Assembly: GCA_964389465.1 (NCBI GenBank) | Contig: CAYMDK010000001.1 | Location: 188,316 to 252,315 of the forward strand | DNA from: an uncultured archaeon | GTDB lineage: Archaea; Thermoplasmatota; Poseidoniia; MGIII; CG-Epi1 | DNA length: 64,000 nt | Reading direction: 5' to 3' | Part shown: positions 56,366-64,000 of the stretch, piece after piece | Layout of the letters: every line of letters begins with the position of its first letter | Numbering within the stretch: the stretch's first letter is position 1 | Position numbers and translations under genes: made by a program | Notes under the pieces: model-generated | What the model was told of the DNA's origin: nothing | The model's input: the letters and a program-made list of their open reading frames with translations, nothing else | The model's database searches: none

Positions 56366-57507
56366 TGTACGAAGTCTATCCCGTAGCGCGCCTCCAGCTC
56401 ATCTTCAACTCCTTCTGGAGGACCAAGTATCTGGGATGATTTCACACCAGTTACCACAAGCATCACACGAATGGAATGCTCAAGAGAAGAATCGATGGAA
56501 GCTCCCCAGATGATTCGCGCCTCCTTATTAATCTTGGCATTTACTTCGCGCACCACCTCGTGCGCCTCCTTCAGGGTCATATCATCGCCGCCAGTGACGT
56601 TGATGAGCGCGCCCGAGGCTCGGCTGATATCTACCTCCAGCAGCGGCGACGAGAAAGCACCCTGCACCGCCTCGGCGGCGCGGTCGGTGCCCTGTGCCTC
56701 GCCGGTGCCAATCATCGCTACGCCGCCCGATTCCATGATTGAGCGCAGGTCGGCGAAATCGATATTGACCAGTCCGCTGTGAGTGGTGATTTCGGACATG
56801 CAGCGAATCGCGCCGCCCAGAACGGCGTCAGCCTTGCGGAACGCTTCGTTGAGCGGCAGCTGCGCGATATCCTCCTGCAGCAGCTTGTCGTTGGGAATCA
56901 CGATAACGGTGTCGGCTACCTTGCGCAGCCGCTCGAGTCCCTGCTGAGCGTTCTTGGCACGCCGGGCGCCTTCGTTGCTGAACGGCAGCGTGACAATCGC
57001 GATTGTAAGCGCCTGCTTTTCCTTGGCAAATCGCGCCACCACCGGCAGCGCGCCGGTGCCGGTGCCGCCGCCGAGGCCGCCGGTCAGGAAGACGATGTCC
57101 GCCTCGTGGCAGGCGTTAAGCAGGTCATCGCGCGCCTCTTCGGCGGCGCCCTCGCCCAGATGGGGCTCGGCGCCAGCGCCGAGCCCCTTGGTGAGCTGCT
57201 TGCCGATGAGCATGCGGTGTGGTACGCGCGCCGCGAGCAGGTGCTGCGCGTCGGTGTTCAGCGCCAGCATCTCGACACCGTCAATGCCTTCACGGTAGAG
57301 TCGCTCGAGGGTATTGTTGCCGGCGCCGCCAGCGCCGATTATCAGGATGTTGGTGCTGAGGGTCGTGACCAGTTCCTGCAGTTCGCGCTCGTTTGCTTCG
57401 CCGCTGAAGCCTTTCTCAGCCTCGAGCCGCTCCTGTTTCGCCTCGGGCGCGGGCTCCTGCAGCTCCTCTTCTGCCGGTGCCTCTGCCGGGCGTTCATCCT
57501 CAGGCAT
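56362..57507 (-). CDS. ftsZ: cell division GTPase FtsZ
   Basis: 381 aa with the GGGTGTG tubulin signature, NTDAQ and an acidic N-terminal tail. Confidence 0.95.
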   Translation of the reverse strand: MPEDERPAEAPAEEELQEPAPEAKQERLEAEKGFSGEANERELQELVTTLSTNILIIGAGGAGNNTLERLYREGIDGVEMLALNTDAQHLLAARVPHRMLIGKQLTKGLGAGAEPHLGEGAAEEARDDLLNACHEADIVFLTGGLGGGTGTGALPVVARFAKEKQALTIAIVTLPFSNEGARRAKNAQQGLERLRKVADTVIVIPNDKLLQEDIAQLPLNEAFRKADAVLGGAIRCMSEITTHSGLVNIDFADLRSIMESGGVAMIGTGEAQGTDRAAEAVQGAFSSPLLEVDISRASGALINVTGGDDMTLKEAHEVVREVNAKINKEARIIWGASIDSSLEHSIRVMLVVTGVKSSQILGPPEGVEDELEARYGIDFVQ

Positions 57508-57557
57508 ATTCGGCTGGAATTTCCTCCTTTATTTAAAGCTCGAGCTGTTCGGCCACC

Positions 57558-57565
57558 TATAAATA
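57558..57565 (+). promoter_or_regulatory. TATA box for the giant secreted-protein gene
   Basis: tataaata is centred about 28 nt upstream of the ATG at 57590, which implies a leaderless transcript. Confidence 0.4.
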
Positions 57566-57589
57566 CCGCAGGATTGTCCAAGTTGCGTC

Positions 57590-60500
57590 ATGACCCCACG
57601 TCGTCGAGTGCTGGTGCTGGGAATCTCCCTGCTGGTCATCCTGCAGCCACTCCTCGCGGGCGCGACGACCCAGTCGCCGGGCGGCGGCAGCGGGAACGAT
57701 TACGGCTCCGCCGCTGAGATGGAGGAGCTCTTCGGGGCGCTGGAGCTGCACCGGCAGGAGCAGGCGGCGCAGGTGGGCGAGGAGCTGGCACTGCTGCGGC
57801 AGCTGCACGACGGGAAGATTGCCAATTTCTCGCTGCTCGCAGACCAGCGGCAGGCGCTGGCGGAACTCAACGCGACCGAGGAGGTGAACGCGTCGGCCGA
57901 CATGGCCGAGATGAGCTGGGAATACGGTGACCGCGGCTTCACGCCGGTGGTGGTAGATGACCCGCAGCCGCAGCAAGCTCGCATTATAGGGGAAATGATT
58001 GAAAATGAGGAGATGTGGCAGGATACCACGCTCGGCACGGCCGCGTCGCTTTTCCTCCAGACATACCTGATCTACTGGGCCTACGATGCTAACGGGGACG
58101 GTAATATCTCCGCAGAAGAGGAGGGCATCGAGGAGAAGGACCTGATCACTACACTCTTTGGTTCCTCGACCTCTCTCTTGTCAGCCTGGGTTAACGCTAC
58201 CCTCCCCCCCGGGAACCCTTTCGTGGACATTTTCATATTGCTCATCAGTTCCCTTGACGAAAGCGACATCTCCTGGGTCAACATTGATGTTACCGGTGAC
58301 GGCAATGACGACGTCCGCTGCCGGTTGGTGCCGATTATCGGGAACCTGATAGAGCAGTCGGATGCCAACCCCTTCGACGGCGACGTTCAGGTGGGAGCCG
58401 AAGGTGGCCTTTCATTCGAGTTTGAAGAGTTGCCTGGTGTGGAACTGGACCAGCCACTGGAAGTAGCGGTGATTCGCGGCGCAACCTATACCGGCGATCA
58501 GGGCGAGGACCTGACCTATATCTGGACCGTGGATACGCAGTTCCAGGACGTGCCCGACACCTACGACTGGGAGGGTACAACCGATGATTTTGCAATTTAT
58601 CTTAATGCGAGTGGAATCAACCCCGGTGACCTGAGCAGCTTGAATGCACCCTATAACCTGCGCTACCATATCGACGCCGACCAGTCCAACTCGTCCGATA
58701 ATGGTGTTGAGAGGCTGACGATTACCCCTGGCTACATCAAGTACAACTGGTCACGCGGCGGCACCCCGGAAGAACCCTTGCCAGCGATGGAAGAGATGTC
58801 TTTCGTCAAGCTCGACATCTCCAATCCGCGTGGTAAGATTCCGGCCGAGCTGGAACTGCGTATTATCTCCGATGACGAGGATGGCGTCGATCGCGATGCA
58901 CTTGAGTTGTATGCCAGACTTGTTGAGCGCGACGACCCGCTCGAGCAGGACGCCAGTTTCAATCTGGACTTCCAGTATTACGAGTACAACGTCGCGCCAC
59001 GCGACGGCAGCGACCCGTTCCTGTCGCACATCGTCGCCGACCTCGAGGGAATTCCGAGCTGCGACCGTGGTTTGCTTCCGGGGGAACAGTTCGCCTGCCT
59101 CAGCGACCGTCCCGGTACCTCGCTCTGGCTGGAGGTGCGTAACGAATCAACCGTTGAGCAGAACCGCACCGTGGTCGAGTTCAGTTCTACGCAGCGTCTC
59201 AAGTCACTCGTTTACGGTGACTATGAATATATTTCCTCCACTGAGGTGGGAGCGGCGTGGGGCGAGCATGACTACCGCATCTTCACCGGCGTGGTGATGC
59301 AGGACCTGCCGCAGCATGTCCTGCTCGAAGGGTCATTCACACTGTTCGACGATGATACCCTGCCACCGGTACAGGAACTTGGTAACTTGGTGGGAGACTT
59401 CCTGAACAACATGATGTTTGCGTTGGCTAACAAGCTGGTAACCATCGGTCGCATCTTGCGCTCCATCCCGCAGGCAGTACTCGGCGTCACTGTGGGTGAG
59501 GGCGCCGGCGAGGTACGGCTCACGATGCGCACCCGCTCCGGCGACAAGGCCTGGCTCGGGAAGCTCGAGTTCTGGATTACCAGCCACTCTTGGCTGGCGC
59601 TGCCGGCGGGCGACGACTACTTCGCCATCTACAATGAAACCGCCTGGCTGGCGGCTAATTCTCCCGCGCCGGGCCGTGCTGCCGTCTCGAGCGAAAACCT
59701 CGGCTACAGTTTCAGCGGTCGCCTGACGGGAGTTGGCGACGCCTACTATTTCTCGGAGGGGAGCGACCGCACGGTCGAGCTCTCAGTGCAGCCGGGCCGC
59801 AACCAGCCGATGCGGGTCTATTTCGAGGGCATTGACACGGCGGGTGCGACGATACAATGGGCTAACATTACCTTCAGCGACATCCCGACCGAAATTAGCC
59901 TTAACATGCAGGGCGGCACCATGAGCTACAGTGGTGGCCCGGCGGGCGACCCGCACGGCGACCGGGTGATGGAATCCATAATCTTTTCCAGTCTCGCTGA
60001 CGACATCTACACCCGCTTCGCGCTCGAACACCTGCCGGGCGACGCCGAAATCGCGGTTGACGGCAGCGACATGCGGCTGCTGACTGACAGCTGGTTCAAC
60101 TTCAGCTTCGCCATCACCAACCAGACCGCGGACGGCGTCGCGACTGCGCAGGTGTGGGACGAGTCGGTCTTCGACGGCAACTGGGTGCTGCTCTATCGCG
60201 ACCGGGTCGGTGCCCCCGACGAATCGGCGTCGCTGGCGGGGCGGCTCGACTGGCTCCAGTCGCTGCGACTCGACAGCGCAGGCGAAATGGCTGATTTCCA
60301 GATTCAGCACCGTCAGCCGACGCAATTCAAGGTGGGGGCGGTCGACCTGACTGACTACGAATCTCCCACCGCCGGACTCAACGCCTACGTGCTGGTCGAC
60401 CCATTGCCGGTCAACCTGACCGTGCGGGTGCCGCTGCTCGACGCGGAGGACCTGCCGGCGGGTGTGGGTAATGTCAGTTCACTGGGCGACGTGGCACGAC

Positions 60501-62923
60501 TGATTGAGGCGCTGTCCGACCTGGGCGAGGCGATGGTACAGCTGGTTTCGGACCTGTCGCTGAACCTGATTTCCAACGTCGAGTCATTCGAGACCGTCGC
60601 GCGCTTCATCTATTCGGTCGAGGAGGAAGTGGCGATTACGGCGTGGGTCAACAAGGGCAATGTTTCGCTGCTGGAAGAGCAGCCGCGCTGGGTGCAGGGG
60701 CTCTGGTCCGACCAGCTGGACGTGGGCGACGAGGAAGTCCTCGCGGCGAGGTTGCTGCTGCCGGGGCTGCCGCGACTCGTCGACGCCGACTACCTCTCAC
60801 GCGGTGACGAATTGCGGCTGCTGCTCGACCTGAAGCAGTACAACCACGAGGCAAGCGCCGACTACCTCTTCTTCCGCGAGCACGGTATTTTCGGCCCGCA
60901 GTTCACTGCCTACATCGCCAACATCCCGCAATCGCTCGACCTGGAGATTGATGCCAATCTGACCATCAACGCCACCGTCGAGAATTTTACCCTTACCGGC
61001 GCAATCGATTTTGAGAGCAGTCAGCCGGTCGGCCCCATTTATATAAGTGTCGAGGAAGAAGGCGAGCGTCCTTACTCGCTCGAAATCATGTTGCCACAGC
61101 TGCCGCGCGACCTCTCTCTTGAGCTGGATATCAAGGCTGACCGGATGGTCCTCAACCTGACCGCCAGCGAGCCGGTTGACCATATCGTCTTTGCGGCCGA
61201 ACTGGGCGATACGACGCGGCTCGAGAGCGAATGGGTCAACGGGCTCTCGCTGGTGCGCTCCGAGGAAGGCGACATGAGCGTCAAGACATATCTGCGCGGT
61301 ATTTCGCCGCAGCTCTCAATCGAGTACTATGACCGGTCTGACGGAGCATCGTTGGGGCTTGCAGCGACCGATTTCAACGCCGGCGGCGACATGGAGGAGC
61401 TGGTGGCGCAAGTGATGGGCGTCGACAACAAGTCGCTCGATCTGCGACTGGGCGACCTGCCTTCGAACCTGGACGCGACCGCGCTGCTGACGGTCGATAC
61501 CGACGCCGGAGGCGACCCGGTCAACGCAAACCTGACGATTACCACCGACCAGCCGCTCGGCACGGTTTACGGCCGCGTTACCGATGCGGTGCGCGAGATG
61601 GACGTCGAAATCGCGCTGCCGGAGCTGCCCGAGTCGGCGTCGCTGGGCGCTACGCTGGGTGACACAGTCGGTCTCGAGTTCGCGTCGCTGGTGGCCATCC
61701 CGCGCGCGACGCTGGCGGCCGACATCGGCAGCGTCCCGGAACCGGCGTACTGGACCCACGGCGCGGTGCTGCGGCAGGCGGGCGACAACGTCTCGCTGCG
61801 CTTCCACCTGACCGGCCTGCCGCAGGCGGCGTTGCTGCAGCTGGCGACCGGCGAGCCCGATGTCATCAGCCTTGACCTGCAGGGCTGGTCGCCCGAGCGT
61901 GACTGGATCTGGCTCGATATCGATCGCGGGACTGCCGGCACCGGGCTACGGCTGTTCCTCGATGACATCCCGGCCGGGAGCGACCTGGTCGGCAGCTTCA
62001 GCTTCGGCAAGGACCCCGCTGCCGGGGTCGACAGCGATTCGGTATTCGACATCTCGGCCTCGAAGGGGCTGGGGCGCGCCTACTTCCGGTCTCACAACCA
62101 GACCGGGCGCTCGATTAACGAAATCATCCTCTCCGAGGTTCCGCACGAATTGCGGGCGAAGGTGCTGGTGGGACGCGAGGTACGCTTCAACTACCACGCT
62201 TCCGCGGGGCAGGAGCTGCTGATGGCGCGCTCGACCAGCGACCGCTACGGCGGCTGGCGTACGGCGACCGCACTGGTGCACGACGTCCCCGCCTTCTTCG
62301 ACATGCTTATTGAGCCCAACTACGATTTCGACATGGATCTGCCGTTCATGTTTCAGGGCTTCCCCGACATCGCTGTGCAGGTCTCCGAACCGGGGATGGA
62401 TGTGGTGCTGCAACTCGATCCGGGTTACACTGGCGGCCACAGCGGCACCTGGCTGGATGCGACAGATCTGGGCAACAACACCCGGCTCTACATCGACGGC
62501 TACGCCTACGTGATTGACGCGCCAAACGGCATCGGCGAGGCGTTCCTGCGCAGCACCAATTCGCCGGCGACACCGCAGTTCACACTGCACTACCTTGAAC
62601 TCCACGCCATGGACGTTGAGCACGTGCGCATCACGCCACACGAGCTGTTCGGCGTCTACCCGGTCTTCGAGTTGAGCGAGGCGCGCGGCGGCGAGCTGGG
62701 TATTGCGATTGCGGGCGAGCTGCGGCTGGGGCCACTAACGCTCGACACCGCCGCGATGCTGCTCGACGTGCGGCTGCGCGAGGTGGGTGGACTCCCGCTC
62801 ATCCCGAGCTGGCTTGAATACCAGCGCGGCGGCCTCGACACCGAGCTGGGCGCGGGCGAGCGGCACTACATCCTGCCCGAACCCGGTACCAGTTTCTTCG
62901 CATCACTGGGGGCGAGCCTCTGA
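57590..62923 (+). CDS. giant secreted protein (1777 aa), sequon-rich, no recognisable domain; candidate cell-envelope or S-layer component
   Basis: Signal peptide (VLVLGISLLVILQPLLAGA). More than 20 N-x-S/T sequons by eye. A DANGDGNIS calcium-loop-like motif. Recurring (L/I)Pxx(L/I)x(L/I) beta-strand-like periodicity. No C-terminal anchor. Confidence 0.8.
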   Translation: MTPRRRVLVLGISLLVILQPLLAGATTQSPGGGSGNDYGSAAEMEELFGALELHRQEQAAQVGEELALLRQLHDGKIANFSLLADQRQALAELNATEEVNASADMAEMSWEYGDRGFTPVVVDDPQPQQARIIGEMIENEEMWQDTTLGTAASLFLQTYLIYWAYDANGDGNISAEEEGIEEKDLITTLFGSSTSLLSAWVNATLPPGNPFVDIFILLISSLDESDISWVNIDVTGDGNDDVRCRLVPIIGNLIEQSDANPFDGDVQVGAEGGLSFEFEELPGVELDQPLEVAVIRGATYTGDQGEDLTYIWTVDTQFQDVPDTYDWEGTTDDFAIYLNASGINPGDLSSLNAPYNLRYHIDADQSNSSDNGVERLTITPGYIKYNWSRGGTPEEPLPAMEEMSFVKLDISNPRGKIPAELELRIISDDEDGVDRDALELYARLVERDDPLEQDASFNLDFQYYEYNVAPRDGSDPFLSHIVADLEGIPSCDRGLLPGEQFACLSDRPGTSLWLEVRNESTVEQNRTVVEFSSTQRLKSLVYGDYEYISSTEVGAAWGEHDYRIFTGVVMQDLPQHVLLEGSFTLFDDDTLPPVQELGNLVGDFLNNMMFALANKLVTIGRILRSIPQAVLGVTVGEGAGEVRLTMRTRSGDKAWLGKLEFWITSHSWLALPAGDDYFAIYNETAWLAANSPAPGRAAVSSENLGYSFSGRLTGVGDAYYFSEGSDRTVELSVQPGRNQPMRVYFEGIDTAGATIQWANITFSDIPTEISLNMQGGTMSYSGGPAGDPHGDRVMESIIFSSLADDIYTRFALEHLPGDAEIAVDGSDMRLLTDSWFNFSFAITNQTADGVATAQVWDESVFDGNWVLLYRDRVGAPDESASLAGRLDWLQSLRLDSAGEMADFQIQHRQPTQFKVGAVDLTDYESPTAGLNAYVLVDPLPVNLTVRVPLLDAEDLPAGVGNVSSLGDVARLIEALSDLGEAMVQLVSDLSLNLISNVESFETVARFIYSVEEEVAITAWVNKGNVSLLEEQPRWVQGLWSDQLDVGDEEVLAARLLLPGLPRLVDADYLSRGDELRLLLDLKQYNHEASADYLFFREHGIFGPQFTAYIANIPQSLDLEIDANLTINATVENFTLTGAIDFESSQPVGPIYISVEEEGERPYSLEIMLPQLPRDLSLELDIKADRMVLNLTASEPVDHIVFAAELGDTTRLESEWVNGLSLVRSEEGDMSVKTYLRGISPQLSIEYYDRSDGASLGLAATDFNAGGDMEELVAQVMGVDNKSLDLRLGDLPSNLDATALLTVDTDAGGDPVNANLTITTDQPLGTVYGRVTDAVREMDVEIALPELPESASLGATLGDTVGLEFASLVAIPRATLAADIGSVPEPAYWTHGAVLRQAGDNVSLRFHLTGLPQAALLQLATGEPDVISLDLQGWSPERDWIWLDIDRGTAGTGLRLFLDDIPAGSDLVGSFSFGKDPAAGVDSDSVFDISASKGLGRAYFRSHNQTGRSINEIILSEVPHELRAKVLVGREVRFNYHASAGQELLMARSTSDRYGGWRTATALVHDVPAFFDMLIEPNYDFDMDLPFMFQGFPDIAVQVSEPGMDVVLQLDPGYTGGHSGTWLDATDLGNNTRLYIDGYAYVIDAPNGIGEAFLRSTNSPATPQFTLHYLELHAMDVEHVRITPHELFGVYPVFELSEARGGELGIAIAGELRLGPLTLDTAAMLLDVRLREVGGLPLIPSWLEYQRGGLDTELGAGERHYILPEPGTSFFASLGASL

Positions 62924-62961
62924 ACCGCGAACAGCGCAGGCTGCTGCTGCGTATCAGTGCG

Positions 62962-63363
62962 GTGGGCGCCATCCTGCTGCTGCTCTGGGCTGGCTGGGCA
63001 TACGCCATCCCGCGCACCGAGTTGCGGGTCGAGACAGTCTACCACCACTCCTACTCGGGCAACTTCATCCAGTGCCGCGTCACCAACGAAGGGACCCTCG
63101 CCTTCTCGGGGCTGGAGATTGAGATATCAGTCTGGAACGACACCCTGCTCGTCGAGCAACAGTCGTGGCGCCCCGGCGCGCTGGCGGCGCACCAGTCGGT
63201 GAAGCTGCCGTCGCTGGTCTACCACGAGCCCTCAGCTTTCGACTACCAATTGCTGCTGACAATCCGCTTCAGCGACGCAAACGGTCCGCACGAGTTGCGC
63301 TGGGCGTACGAAATCTCCGAATACGCTAACCTCGCCTGGAGCGAGACCTTTCGCGAAGTGTGA
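62962..63363 (+). CDS. small N-terminally anchored membrane protein downstream of the giant gene
   Basis: 133 aa with a GTG start 38 nt after the giant gene's stop. N-terminal helix AILLLLWAGWAY followed by a beta-rich ectodomain. Confidence 0.5.
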   Translation: MGAILLLLWAGWAYAIPRTELRVETVYHHSYSGNFIQCRVTNEGTLAFSGLEIEISVWNDTLLVEQQSWRPGALAAHQSVKLPSLVYHEPSAFDYQLLLTIRFSDANGPHELRWAYEISEYANLAWSETFREV

Positions 63364-63426
63364 GAAACCTTTTCTGCCGCGGCTGCATGAGGCGGTTTCC
63401 CGGACCCAACCCCGGACTTAACACCG

Positions 63427-64000
63427 ATGAGCAAGGAAGTCATCTCGGCCTCAGAGATGGAGCGGTATGGATACTGCCCCCTCTCGTGGTGGCTGGGCCG
63501 CACAGGCGTCGACGCCGAAGGCAGTGAAGTCGCGAGCGGCCTCGAGAAACATCAGGAAATGGGCGACTCGCTCAAGACGCTGCTCTACGAGGAGCACAAG
63601 TCGCGCGAGACCTCCAGCACGCTGCTGGCGGTCGTGACCTACATCGGGATACTGGTGCTGGCGGCGCTCTTCATCCTCTGGCATATTGGCCCCACCTATG
63701 GCAACATCCTGATCATTGTGAGCCTGTTTTTCATGCTGGGCGCCTCGTTCCTGCTCTACCGGTTGCTACAGTCGACCGAGCGCGTCGACAAGTTGCGTGA
63801 CGACTACAAGCTGGGCGAGGGCGAAATCGAGGCGCCCGACGACCTGACTGCGAAAGCACCGGTCCTCAAGTCGGAGAAATACAACCTCGCCGGGCGGCCC
63901 GACTACATCCTGCACGAGAACGGCGTGCGCATCCCGGTCGAGGTCAAGACCGGCCGCCGCCCGCAGGCGCCCTTCTTCAGCCACGTCCTGCAAGCGGGCG
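63427..64000 (+). CDS. Cas4/RecB-like PD-(D/E)xK nuclease domain protein with an inserted two-helix membrane hairpin (3' end lies outside the window)
   Basis: My own translation from the ATG at 63427; it is not in the ORF track because it runs off the window. N-terminal SASEMERYGYCPLSWW, two hydrophobic helices (roughly residues 65-115), then GRPDYILHENGVRIPVEVKTGRRP. Confidence 0.6.
   Translation, partial: MSKEVISASEMERYGYCPLSWWLGRTGVDAEGSEVASGLEKHQEMGDSLKTLLYEEHKSRETSSTLLAVVTYIGILVLAALFILWHIGPTYGNILIIVSLFFMLGASFLLYRLLQSTERVDKLRDDYKLGEGEIEAPDDLTAKAPVLKSEKYNLAGRPDYILHENGVRIPVEVKTGRRPQAPFFSHVLQAG

Noticed and set aside
63427-64000. Reading the Cas4-like gene as evidence for a CRISPR-Cas locus.
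   Set aside because: No cas1, cas2 or effector genes and no repeat-spacer array are visible in the 64 kb window. Cas4-like nucleases also occur outside CRISPR systems.

Overview
This window is a GC-rich, densely coding stretch that reads as archaeal. The evidence is a split RNA polymerase operon (rpoH, unsplit rpoB, rpoA1, rpoA2, rpl30e), the euryarchaeal ftsZ-secE-spt5-rpl11 cluster, RadB, a DGGGP-synthase-type prenyltransferase and PGF-CTERM sorting signals. Together with several bacterial-type metabolic genes, this fits an uncultured planktonic Thermoplasmatota or Poseidoniales-like lineage, but that placement is inference only. I call about 55 CDS and 3 tRNAs (Lys-UUU, Gln-UUG, CAU). I saw no rRNA, CRISPR array, transposase or integrase. 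Housekeeping content includes PiT plus a DUF47 partner, transketolase, GlpX and class I FBA, IleRS, GMP synthase subunit B, PyrBI plus carbamate kinase, and dPGM. There are also many secreted or anchored hydrolases: M28 (two), M32 and a purple acid phosphatase. The parts most worth a second look are: (1) a roughly 350 nt intergenic element almost devoid of T, full of C-GNRA-G hairpins and closed by a long-range helix, which is a candidate unassigned structured RNA. (2) An RpoA'' with a roughly 385 aa N-terminal extension. (3) A translationally coupled DtxR, two cupredoxin proteins and ZIP operon, in which the two multicopper-oxidase paralogs carry complementary halves of the copper-ligand set. 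(4) A 1777 aa sequon-rich secreted giant protein followed by a small membrane protein and a membrane-inserted Cas4-like nuclease. (5) A hyper-acidic 1381 aa PGF-CTERM surface protein built from an unassigned 'CDC' repeat module, with a low-GC mosaic segment inside it. (6) A 32 aa Cys-rich ORF at the end of an arsR-VOC-CDF metal operon. All functional calls come from motif recognition by eye; no database search was possible.
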